From Eledone cirrhosa (taxonomy: Eukaryota), in assembly GCA_964016885.1 (NCBI GenBank), contig OZ024744.1, positions 133,362,001 through 133,426,000 on the forward strand: DNA of 64,000 bases, given 5' to 3'. Of the stretch, positions 1-12,000 are shown one piece after another (within the stretch, counting starts at the first letter, position 1; each line of letters begins with the position of its first letter). A program made the position numbers and the translations under genes. Below the pieces are notes generated by a model that had not been told where the DNA came from, did not search any database, and saw nothing but the letters and a program-made list of their open reading frames with translations.

Positions 1-3000
1 TTAAGTTAAGTTGGGGTTAAGTTGGGGTTAAGTTAAGTTGGGGTTAAGTTAAGTTGGGGTTAATTTAAATTGGGGTTAAGTTAACTTTGTGGTTAAGTTA
101 AGTTGGGGTTAAGTTAAGTTGGGGTTAAGTTAAGTTGGGGTTGAGTTAAGTTGGGGTTGAGTGAAGTTGGGGTTAAGTTAAGTTGGGGTTAAGTTAAGTT
201 GGCGTTAAGTTAAGTTGGGGTTAAGTTAAGTTAGGGTTAAGTTAAGTTGGGGTTCAGTTAAGTTGCGGTTAAGTTAAGTTGGGGTAAAGTTAAGTTGGTG
301 TTAATTAAGTTGGGGTTAAGTTAAGTTGGTGTTAAGTTAAGTTGGGGCTAAGTTAAGTTGGGGTTGAGTTAAGTTGGCGTTAAGTTAAGTTGGGGTTATG
401 TTAAGTTGGGGTTAATTTAAGTTGGAGTTAAGTTAAGTTGGGGTTGATTTAAGTTGGGGTTGAGTTAAATTAGGGTGGAGTTAAGTTGGGGTTGAGTTAA
501 GTTGGTGTTGAGTTAAGTTAGGGTTAAGTTAAGTTGGGGTTAAGTTAAGTTGCAGTTAAGTTAAGTTGAGGTTAATTTAAGTTGGGGTTAAGTTAAGTTG
601 GGGTTAAGTTAAGTTTGGGTTAAGTTGGGATTAAATTAAGTTGGGGTTAAGTTAAGTTGGGGTTTAGTTAAGTTGGGGTTAAGTTAAGTTGGGGTTAATT
701 TAAGTTGGGGTTAAGTTAAGTTGGGGTTAAGTTAAGTGGTGGTAATGTTAAGTTGGGGTTAAGTTAAGTTGGGGTTAAGTTAAGTTGGGGTTGAGTTAAT
801 TGGGGTTGAGTGAAGTTGGGGTTAAGTTAAGTTGGGGTTAATTTAAGTTGGGGTTAAGTTAAGTCGGGGTTAAGTTAAGTTGGGGTTGAGTTAAGTTGGG
901 GTTAATTTAAGTTGGGGCTAATTTAATTTGTGGTTAAGTTGGGGTTAAGTTAAGTTGGGGTTAAGTTAAGTTGGGGTTGAGTTAAGTTGGGGTTGAGTTA
1001 ATTTAGGGTTAAGTTAAGTTGAGGTTAAGTTAAGTTGGGTTTAAGTTAAGTTGGGGTTAAATTAAGTTGGGGTTAAGTTAAGTTGGGGGTAAGTTAAGTT
1101 GGGGGCAAGTTAAGTTGGGGTTAAGTTAAGTTGGGGTTAAATTAAGTTGGGGTTAAGTTAAGTTGGTGTTAAGTTAAGTTGGGGTTTATTTAAGTTGGGG
1201 TTAATTAAGTTGGGGTTAAGTTAAGTTGGGGTTAAGTTAAGTTGGGGTTAAGTTAGATTGTGGTTAAGTTAAGTTGGGGTTAAGTTAAGTTGGGATTAAG
1301 TTAAGTTGGGGTTAAGTTAAGGCGGGGTTAAGTTGAGTTGGTGTTAAGTTAAGTTGGAGTTAAGTTAAGTTGGGGTTGAGTTAATTTGGGGTTAACTTAA
1401 GTTGGGGTTAAGTTAAGTTGGGGTTAAGTTAAGTTGGGGTTAAGTTAGGTTGTGGTTAAGTTAAGTTGGGGGTAAGTTAAGTTGGGGGTAAGTTAAGTTG
1501 GGGTTAATTTAAGTTGGGTCTAATTAAGTTGGGGTTAAGTTAAGTTGGGGTTAAGTTAAGTTGGGGTTGAGTTAATTTGGGGTTAACTTAAGTTGGGGGT
1601 ACTTAAGTTGGGTTTAAGTTAAGTGGGGTTAAGTTAAGTTGGGGGTAAGTTAAGTTGGGGGTAAGTTAAGTTGGGGTTAATTTAAGTTGGGTCAAATTAA
1701 GTTGGGGTTAAGTTAAGTTGGGGTTAAGTTAAGTTAGGGTTAAATTAAGTTGGGGTTAAGTTAAGTTGGGGTTAAATAAAGTTGGCGCTAAGTTAATTTG
1801 TGGTTAAGTTAAGTTGGGGTTAAGTTAAGTTGGGATTAAGTTAAGTTGGGGTTGAGTTAAGTTGGGGTTGAGTTAATTTAGGGTTAAGTTAAGTTGGGGG
1901 TAAGTTAAGTTGGGGGCAAGTTAAGTTGGGGTTAAGTTAAGTTGGGGTTAAATTAAGTTGGGGTTAAGTTAAGTTGGTGTTAAGTTAAGTTGGGGTTTAT
2001 TTAAGTTGGGGTTAAGTTAAGTCGGGGTTAAGTAAAGTTGGGGTTGAGTTAAGTTGGGGCTAATTTAATTTGTGGTTAAGTTGGGGTTAAGTTAAATTGG
2101 GGTTAAGTTAAGTTGGGGTTGAGTTAAGTTGGGGTTGAGTTAATTTAGGGTTAAGTTAAGTTGGGGTTAAGTTAAGTTGGGTTTAAGTTAAGTTGGGGTT
2201 AAATTAAGTTGGGGTTAAGTTAAGTTGGGGGTAAGTTAAGTTGGGGGCAAGTTAAGTTGGGGTTAAGTTAAGTTGGGGTTAAATTAAGTTGGGGTTAAGT
2301 TAAGTTGGTGTTAAGTTAAGTTGGGGTTTATATAAGTTGGGGTTAATTAAGTTGGGGTTAGGTTAAGTTGGGGTTAAGTTAAATGGGTTTATATTAAGTT
2401 GGGGTTAAGTTAAGTTGGGGTTAAGTTGAGTTGGCGTTCAGTTAAGTTGCGGTTAATTTAAGTTGGGGTTAAGTTAAGTTGGGGTTAATTTAAGTTGGGG
2501 TTGAGTTAATTGGTGTTGAGTGAAGTTGGGGTTAAGTTAAGTTGGGGTTAATTTAAGTTGGGGTTAAGTTAAGTCGGGGTTAAGTTAAGTTGGGGTTGAG
2601 TTAAGTTGGGGTTAAGTTAAGTTGGGGCTAATTTAATTTGTGGTTAAGTTGGGGTTAAGTTAAGTTGGCGTTAAGTTAAGTTGGGGTTGAGTTAAGTTGG
2701 GGTTGAGTTAATTTAGGGTTAAGTTAAGTTGGGGTTAAGTTAAGTTGGGTTTAAGTTAAGTTGGGGTTAAATTAAGTTGGGGTTAAGTTAAGTTGGGGGT
2801 AAGTTAAGTTGGGGGCAAGTTAAGTTGGGGTTAAGTTAAGTTGGGGTTAAATTAAGTTGGGGTTAAGTTAAGTTGGTGTTAAGTTAAGTTGGGGTTTATT
2901 TAAGTTGGGGTTAATTAAGTTGGGGTTAGGTTAAGTTGGGGTTAAGTTAAATGGGTTTATATTAAGTTGGGGTTAAGTTAAGTTGGGGTTAAGTTGAGTT

Positions 3001-6000
3001 GGGGTTCAGTTAAGTTGCGGTTAATTTAAGTTGGGGTTAAGTTAAGTTGGGGTTAAGTTAAGTTGGGGTTAAGTTAAGTTGGGGCTAAGTTAAGTTGGGG
3101 TTAAGTTAAGTTGGTGTTAAGTTAAGTTGGGGCTAAGTTAAGTTGGGGCTGAGTTAAGTTGGGGCTGAGTTAAGTTGGGGTTAAGTTAAGTTGGGGTTAA
3201 GTTAAGTTGGGGTTAAGTTAAGTTGGGGTTAAGTTAAGTTGGGGTTAAGTTAAGTTGGGGTTTAGTTAAGTTGGGGTTCAGTTAAGATGGGGTTAAGTTA
3301 AGTTTGGGTTAAGTTGGGGTTAAATTAATTTGGGGTTAAGTTAAGTTGGGGTTTAGTTAAGTTGGGGTTAAGTTAAGTTGGGGTTAATTTAAGTTGGGGT
3401 TAAGTTAAGTTGCGGGTAATTTAAGTTGGGGTTAAGTTAAGTTGGGGTTAAGTTAAGTTGGGGTTAAGTTAAGTTGGGGGTAAGTTAAGTTGGGGGTAAG
3501 TTAAGTTGGGGGTAAGTTAAGTTGGGGTTAAGTTAAGATATGGTTAAGTTAAATTGGGGTTGAGTTAAGTTGGGGTTAAGTTAAGTTGGGGTTATGTTAA
3601 GTTGGGGTTAAGTTAAGTTGCGGTTAAGTTAAGTTGGGGTTATGTTAAGTTGGGGTTAAGTTAAATTGGGGTTAAGTTAAGTTGGGGTTAAGTTAAGTTG
3701 GGGTTAAGTTAAGTTGGGGTTAAGTTAGATTGTGGTTAAGTTAAGTTGGGGTTAAGTTAAGTTGGGGTTAAGTTAAGTTGGGGTTAAGTTAAGGCGGGGT
3801 TAAGTTGAGTTGGTGTTAAGTTAAGTTGGGGTTAAGTTAAGTTGGGGTTGAGTTAATTTGGAGTTAACTTAAGTTGGGGGTACTTAAGTTGGGTTTAAGT
3901 TAAGTGGGGTTAAGTTAAGTTGGGGTTAAGTTAAGTTGGGGTTAAGTTAAGTTGGGGTTAAGTTAGGTTGTGGTTAAGTTAAGTTGGGGGTAAGTTAAGT
4001 TGGGGGTAAGTTAAGTTGGGGTTAATTTAAGTTGGGTCTAATTAAGTTGGGGTTAAGTTAAGTTGGGGTTAAGTTAAGTTGGGGTTGAGTTAATTTGGGG
4101 TTAACTTAAGTTGGGGGTACTTAAGTTGGGTTTAAGTTAAGTGGGGTTAAGTTAAGTTGGGGGTAAGTTAAGTTGGGGGTAAGTTAAGTTGGGGTTAATT
4201 TAAGTTGGGTCAAATTAAGTTGGGGTTAAGTTAAGTTGGGGTTAAGTTAAGTTAGGGTTAAATTAAGTTGGGGTTAAGTTAAGTTGGGGTTAAATTAAGT
4301 TGGCGCTAAGTTAATTTGTGGTTAAGTTAAGTTGGGGTTAAGTTAAGTTGGGATTAAGTTAAGTTGGGTTTAAGTTAAGTTGGGGTTGAGTTAAGTTGGG
4401 GTTGAGTTAATTTAGGGTTAAGTTAAGTTGGGGTTAAGTTAAGTTGGGTTTAAGTTAAGTTGGGGTTAAATTAAGTTGGGGTTAAATTAAGTTGGGGTTA
4501 AGTTAGGTTGGGGGTAAGTTAAGTTGGGGGCAAGTTAAGTTGGGGTTAAGTTAAGTTGGGGTTAAATTAAGTTGGGGTTAAGTTAAGTTGGTGTTAAGTT
4601 AAGTTGGGGTTTATTTAAGTTGGGGTTAATTAAGTTGGGGTTAAGTTAAGTTGGGTTTAAGTTAAGTTGGGGTTAATTTAAGTTGGGGTTGAGTTAAGTT
4701 GGGGTTAAGTTAAGTTGGGTTTATATTAAGTTGGGGTTAAGTTAAGTAGGGGTTAAGTTAAGTTGGTGTTAAGTTAAGTTGGGGCTAAGTTAAGTTGGGG
4801 CTGAGTTAAGTTGGGGCTGAGTTAAGTTGGGGTTAAGTTAAGTTGGGGTTGAGTTAAGTTGGGGTTAAGTTAAGTTGGGGTTAAGTTAAGTTGGGGTTAA
4901 GTTAAGTTGGGGTTAAGTTAAGTTGGGGTTTAGTTAAGTTGGGGTTCAGTTAAGTTGGGGTTAAGTTAAGTTTGGGTTAAGTTGGAGTTAAATTAATTTG
5001 GGGTTAAGTTAAGTTGGGGTTTAGTTTAGTTGGGGTTAAATTAAGTTGGGGTTAATTTAAGTTGGTGTTAAGTTAAGTTGCGGGTAATTTAAGTTGGGGT
5101 TAAGTTAAGTTGGGGTTAAGTTAAGTTGGGGTTAAGTTAAGTTGGGGTTAAGTTAAGTTGGGGTTAAGTTAAGTTGGGGTTAAGTTAAGTTGGGGGTAAG
5201 TTAAGTTGGGGGTAAGTTAAGTTGGGGGTAAGTTAAGTTGGGGTTAAATTAAGTTAGGGTTAAGTTAAGTTGGGGTTGAGTTAAGTTGGGGTTAAGTTAA
5301 GTTGGGGTTATGTTAAGTTGGAGTTAAGTTAAGTTGGGGTTAAGTTAAGTTGGGGTTAAGTTAAGTCGGGGTTAAGTTAGATTGTGGTTAAGTTAAGTTG
5401 GGGTTAAGTTAAGTTGGGGTTAATTTGGGGTTAAGTTAAGTTGGGGTTAAGTTAAGTTGGGGTTGAGTTAAGTTGGGGTTAAGTTAAGTTGGGGTTAATT
5501 TAAATTGGGGTTAAGTTAACTTTGTGGTTAAGTTAAGTTGGGGTTAAGTTAAGTTGGGGTTAAGTTAAGTTGGGGTTGAGTTAAGTTGGGGTTGAGTGAA
5601 GTTGGGGTTAAGTTAAGTTGGGGTTAAGTTAAGTTGGCGTTAAGTTAAGTTGGGGTTAAGTTAAGTTAGGGTTAAGTTAAGTTGGGGTTCAGTTAAGTTG
5701 CGGTTAAGTTAAGTTGGGGTAAAGTTAAGTTGGTGTTAATTAAGTTGGGGTTAAGTTAAGTTGGTGTTAAGTTAAGTTGGGGCTAAGTTAAGTTGGGGTT
5801 GAGTTAAGTTGGAGTTAAGTTAAGTTGGGGTTATGTTAAGTTGGGGTTAAGTTAAGTTGGAGTTAATTTAAGTTGGGGTTGATTTAAGTTGGGGTTGAGT
5901 TAAATTAGGGTGGAGTTAAGTTGGGGTTGAGTTAAGTTGGTGTTGAGTTAAGTTAGGGTTAAGTTAAGTTGGGGTTAAGTTAAGTTGCAGTTAAGTTAAG

Positions 6001-9000
6001 TTGAGGTTAAGTTAAGTTGGGGTTAAGTTAAGTTGGGGTTAAGTTAAGTTTGGGTTAAGTTGGGGTTAAATTAAGTTGGGGTTAAGTTAAGTTGGGGTTT
6101 AGTTAAGTTGGGGTTAAGTTAAGTTGGGGTTAATTTAAGTTGGGGTTAAGTTAAGTTGGGGTTAAGTTAAGTGGTGGTTATGTTAAGTTGGGGTTAAGTT
6201 AAGTTGGGGTTAATTTAAATTGGGGTTAAGTTAACTTTGTGGTTAAGTTAAGTTGGGGTTAAGTTAAGTTGGGGTTAAGTTAAGTTGGGGTTGAGTTAAT
6301 TGGGGTTGAGTGAAGTTGGGGTTAAGTTAAGTTGGGGTTAATTTAAGTTGGGGTTAAGTTAAGTCGGGGTTAAGTTAAGTTTGGGTTAAGTTGGGGTTAA
6401 ATTAAGTTGGGGTTAAGTTAAGTTGGGGTTTAGTTAAGTTGGGGTTAAGTTAAGTTGGGGTTAATTTAAGTTGGGGCTAATTTAATTTGTGGTTAAGTTG
6501 GGGTTAAGTTAAGTTGGGGTTAAGTTAAGTTGGGGTTGAGTTAAGTTGGGGTTGAGTTAATTTAGGGTTAAGTTAAGTTGGGGTTAAGTTAAGTTGGGTT
6601 TAAGTTAAGTTGGGGTTAAATTAAGTTGGGGTTAAGTTAAGTTGGGGGTAAGTTAAGTTGGGGGCAAGTTAAGTTGGGGTTAAGTTAAGTTGGGGTTAAA
6701 TTAAGTTGGGGTTAAGTTAAGTTGGTGTTAAGTTAAGTTGGGGTTTATTTAAGTTGGGGTTAATTAAGTTGGGGTTAAGTTAAGTTGGGGTTAAGTCAAG
6801 TTGGGGTTAAGTTAGATCGTGGTTAAGTTAAGTTGGGGTTAAGTTAAGTTGGGATTAAGTTAAGTTGGGGTTAAGTTAAGGCGGGGTTAAGTTGAGTTGG
6901 TGTTAAGTTAAGTTGGGGTTAAGTTAAGTTGGGGTTGAGTTAATTTGGGGTTAACTTAAGTTGGGGGTACTTAAGTTGGGTTTAAGTTAAGTGGGGTTAA
7001 GTTAAGTTGGGGTTAAGTTAAGTTGGGGTTAAGTTAAGTTGGGGTTAAGTTAGGTTGTGGTTAAGTTAAGTTGGGGGTAAGTTAAGTTGGGGGTAAGTTA
7101 AGTTGGGGTTAAATAAAGTTGGGTCTAATTAAGTTGGGGTTAAGTTAAGTTGAGGTTAAGTTAAGTTGGGGTTGAGTTAATTTGGGGTTAACTTAAGTTG
7201 GGGGTACTTAAGTTGGGTTTAAGTTAAGTGGGGTTAAGTTAAGTTGGGGGTAAGTTAAGTTGGGTGTAAGTTAAGTTGGGGTTAATTTAAGTTGGGTCAA
7301 ATTAAGTTGGGGTTAAGTTAAGTTGGGGTTAAGTTAAGTTAGGGTTAAATTAAGTTGGGGTTAAGTTAAGTTGGGGTTAAATAAAGTTGGCGCTAAGTTA
7401 ATTTGTGGTTAAGTTAAGTTGGGGTTAAGTTAAGTTGGGATTAAGTTAAGTTGGGGTTGAGTTAAGTTGGGGTTGAGTTAATTTAGGGTTAAGTTAAGTT
7501 GGGGTTAAGTTAAGTTGGGTTTAAGTTAAGTTGGGGTTAAATTAAGTTGGGGTTAAGTTAGGTTGGGGGTAAGTTAAGTTGGGGGCAAGTTAAGTTGGGG
7601 TTAAGTTAAGTTGGGGTTAAATTAAGTTGGGGTTAAGTTAAGTTGGTGTTAAGTTAAGTTGGGGTTTATTTAAGTTGGGGTTAATTAAGTTGGGGTTAAG
7701 TTAAGTTGGGTTTAAGTTAAGTTGGGGTTAATTTAAGTTGTGGTTGAGTTAAGTTGGGGTTAAGTTAAGTTGGGTTTATATTAAGTTGGGGTTAAGTTAA
7801 GTTGGGGTTAAGTTAAGTTGGGGTTCAGTTAAGTTGCGGTTAAGTTAAGTTGGGGTAAAGTTAAGTTGGTGTTAAGTTAAGTTGGGGTTAAGTTAAATGG
7901 GTTTATATTAAGTTGGGGTTAAGTTAAGTTGGGGTTAAGTTGAGTTGGGGTTCAGTTAAGTTGCGGTTAAGTTAAGTTGGGGTTAAGTTAAGTTGGGGTT
8001 AAGTTAAGTTGGGGCTAAGTTAAGTTGGGGTTAAGTTAAGTTGGTGTTAAGTTAAGTTGGGGCTAAGTTAAGTTGGGGCTGAGTTAAGTTGGGGCTGAGT
8101 TAAGTTGGGGTTAAGTTAAGTTGGGGTTGAGTTAAGTTGGGGTTAAGTTAAGTTGGGGTTAAGTTAAGTTGGGGTTAAGTTAAGTTGGGGTTAAGTTAAG
8201 TTGGGGTTTAGTTAAGTTGGGGTTCAGTTAAGTTGGGGTTAAGTTAAGTTTGGGTTAAGTTGGGGTTAAATTAATTTGGGGTTAAGTTAAGTTGGGGTTT
8301 AGTTAAGTTGGGGTTAAGTTAAGTTGGGGTTAATTTAAGTTGGGGTTAAGTTAAGTTGCGGGTAATTTAAGTTGGGGTTAAGTTAAGTTGGGGTTAAGTT
8401 AAGTTGGGGTTAAGTTAAGTTGGGGGTAAGTTAAGTTGGGGGTAAGTTAAGTTGAGGGTAAGTTAAGTTGGGGTTAAGTTAAGATATGGTTAAGTTAAAT
8501 TGGGGTTGAGTTAAGTTGGGGTTAAGTTAAGTTGGGGTTATGTTAAGTTGGGGTTAAGTTAAGTTGCGGTTAAGTTAAATTGGGGTTAAGTTAAGTTGGG
8601 GTTAAGTTAAGTTGGGGTTAAGTTAAGTTGGGGTTAAGTTAGATTGTGGTTAAGTTAAGTTGGGGTTAAGTTAAGTTGGGGTTAAGTTAAGTTGGGGTTA
8701 AGTTAAGGCGGGGTTAAGTTGAGTTGGTGTTAAGTTAAGTTGGGGTTAAGTTAAGTTGGGGTTGAGTTAATTTGGGGTTAACTTAAGTTGGGGGTACTTA
8801 AGTTGGGTTTAAGTTAAGTGGGGTTAAGTTAAGTTGGGGTTAAGTTAAGTTGGGGTTAAGTTAAGTTGGGGTTAAGTTAGGTTGTGGTTAAGTTAAGTTG
8901 GGGGTAAGTTAAGTTGGGGGTAAGTTAAGTTGGGGTTAATTTAAGTTGGGTCTAATTAAGTTGGGGTTAAGTTAAGTTGGGGTTAAGTTAAGTTGGGGTT

Positions 9001-12000
9001 GAGTTAATTTGGGGTTAACTTAAGTTGGGGGTACTTAAGTTGGGTTTAAGTTAAGTGGGGTTAAGTTAAGTTGGGGGTAAGTTAAGTTGGGGGTAAGTTA
9101 AGTTGGGGTTAATTTAAGTTGGGTCAAATTAAGTTGGGGTTAAGTTAAGTTGGGGTTAAGTTAAGTTAGGGTTAAATTAAGTTGGGGTTAAGTTAAGTTG
9201 GGGTTAAATTAAGTTGGCGCTAAGTTAATTTGTGGTTAAGTTAAGTTGGGGTTAAGTTAAGTTGGGATTAAGTTAAGTTGGGGTTGAGTTAAGTTGGGGT
9301 TGAGTTAATTTAGGGTTAAGTTAAGTTGGGGTTAAGTTAAGTTGGGTTTAAGTTAAGTTGGGGTTAAATTAAGTTGGGGTTAAATTAAGTTGGGGTTAAG
9401 TTAGGTTGGGGGTAAGTTAAGTTGGGGGCAAGTTAAGTTGGGGTTAAGTTAAGTTGGGGTTAAATTAAGTTGGGGTTAAGTTAAGTTGGTGTTAAGTTAA
9501 GTTGGGGTTAAGTTAAGTTGGTGTTAAGTTAAGTTGGGGCTAAGTTAAGTTGGGGCTGAGTTAAGTTGGGGCTGAGTTAAGTTGGGGTTAAGTTAAGTTG
9601 GGGTTGAGTTAAGTTGGGGTTAAGTTAAGTTGGGGTTAAGTTAAGTTGGGGTTAAGTTAAGTTGGGGTTAAGTTAAGTTGGGGTTTAGTTAAGTTGGGGT
9701 TCAGTTAAGTTGGGGTTAAGTTAAGTTTGGGTTAAGTTGGAGTTAAATTAATTTGGGGTTAAGTTAAGTTGGGGTTTAGTTTAGTTGGGGTTAAATTAAG
9801 TTGGGGTTAATTTAAGTTGGGGTTAAGTTAAGTTGCGGGTAATTTAAGCTGGGGTTAAGTTAAGTTGGGGTTAAGTTAAGTTGGGGTTAAGTTAAGTTGG
9901 GGTTAAGTTAAGTTGGGGTTAAGTTAAGTTGGGGGTAAGTTAAGTTGGGGGTAAGTTAAGTTGGGGGTAAGTTAAGTTGGGGTTAAATTAAGTTAGGGTT
10001 AAGTTAAGTTGGGGTTGAGTTAAGTTGGGGTTAAGTTAAGTTGGGGTTATGTTAAGTTGGGGTTAAGTTAAGTTGGGGTTAAGTTAAGTTGGGGTTAAGT
10101 TAAGTTGGGGTTAAGTTAGATTGTGGTTAAGTTAAGTTGGGGTTAAGTTAAGTTGGGGTTAAGTTGGGGTTAAGTTAAGTTGGGGTTAAGTTAAGTTGGG
10201 GTTAATTTAAATTGGGGTTAAGTTAACTTTGTGGTTAAGTTAAGTTGGGGTTAAGTTAAGTTGGGGTTAAGTTAAGTTGGGGTTGAGTTAAGTTGGGGTT
10301 GAGTGAAGTTGGGGTTAAGTTAAGTTGGGGTTAAGTTAAGTTGGCGTTAAGTTAAGTTGGGGTTAAGTTAAGTTAGGGTTAAGTTAAGTTGGGGTTCAGT
10401 TAAGTTGCGGTTAAGTTAAGTTGGGGTAAAGTTAAGTTGGTGTTAATTAAGTTGGGGTTAAGTTAAGTTGGTGTTAAGTTAAGTTGGGGCTAAGTTAAGT
10501 TGGGGTTGAGTTAAGTTGGCGTTAAGTTAAGTTGGGGTTATGTTAAGTTGGGGTTAATTTAAGTTGGAGTTAAGTTAAGTTGGGGTTGATTTAAGTTGGG
10601 GTTGAGTTAAATTAGGGTGGAGTTAAGTTGGGGTTGAGTTAAGTTGGTGTTGAGTTAAGTTAGGGTTAAGTTAAGTTGGGGTTAAGTTAAGTTGCAGTTA
10701 AGTTAAGTTGAGGTTAATTTAAGTTGGGGTTAAGTTAAGTTGGGGTTAAGTTAAGTTTGGGTTAAGTTGGGATTAAATTAAGTTGGGGTTAAGTTAAGTT
10801 GGGGTTTAGTTAAGTTGGGGTTAAGTTAAGTTGGGGTTAATTTAAGTTGGGGTTAAGTTAAGTTGGGGTTAAGTTAAGTGGTGGTAATGTTAAGTTGGGG
10901 TTAAGTTAAGTTGGGGTTAATTTAAATTGGGGTTAAGTTAACTTTGTGGTTAAGTTAAGTTGGGGTTAAGTTAAGTTGGGGTTAAGTTAAGTTGGGGTTG
11001 AGTTAATTGGGGTTGAGTGAAGTTGGGGTTAAGTTAAGTTGGGGTTAATTTAAGTTGGGGTTAAGTTAAGTCGGGGTTAAGTTAAGTTGGGGTTGAGTTA
11101 AGTTGGGGTTAATTTAAGTTGGGGCTAATTTAATTTGTGGTTAAGTTGGGGTTAAGTTAAGTTGGGGTTAAGTTAAGTTGGGGTTGAGTTAAGTTGGGGT
11201 TGAGTTAATTTAGGGTTAAGTTAAGTTGGGGTTAAGTTAAGTTGGGTTTAAGTTAAGTTGGGGTTAAATTAAGTTGGGGTTAAGTTAAGTTGGGGGTAAG
11301 TTAAGTTGGGGGCAAGTTAAGTTGGGGTTAAGTTAAGTTGGGGTTAAATTAAGTTGGGGTTAAGTTAAGTTGGTGTTAAGTTAAGTTGGGGTTTATTTAA
11401 GTTGGGGTTAATTAAGTTGGGGTTAAGTTAAGTTGGGGTTAAGTTAAGTTGGGGTTAAGTTAGATTGTGGTTAAGTTAAGTTGGGGTTAAGTTAAGTTGG
11501 GATTAAGTTAAGTTGGGGTTAAGTTAAGGCGGGGTTAAGTTGAGTTGGTGTTAAGTTAAGTTGGAGTTAAGTTAAGTTGGGGTTGAGTTAATTTGGGGTT
11601 AACTTAAGTTGGGGTTAAGTTAAGTTGGGGTTAAGTTAAGTTGGGGTTAAGTTAGGTTGTGGTTAAGTTAAGTTGGGGGTAAGTTAAGTTGGGGGTAAGT
11701 TAAGTTGGGGTTAATTTAAGTTGGGTCTAATTAAGTTGGGGTTAAGTTAAGTTGGGGTTAAGTTAAGTTGGGGTTGAGTTAATTTGGGGTTAACTTAAGT
11801 TGGGGGTACTTAAGTTGGGTTTAAGTTAAGTGGGGTTAAGTTAAGTTGGGGGTAAGTTAAGTTGGGGGTAAGTTAAGTTGGGGTTAATTTAAGTTGGGTC
11901 AAATTAAGTTGGGGTTAAGTTAAGTTGGGGTTAAGTTAAGTTAGGGTTAAATTAAGTTGGGGTTAAGTTAAGTTGGGGTTAAATAAAGTTGGCGCTAAGT

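Noticed and set aside
1000-1010. Canonical telomere motifs (TTTAGGG here; TTAGGG, TTAGG and TTTGGG elsewhere)
   Set aside because: They are isolated one- or two-base neighbours of the consensus, propagated by duplication and never in tandem runs. They carry no taxonomic information.
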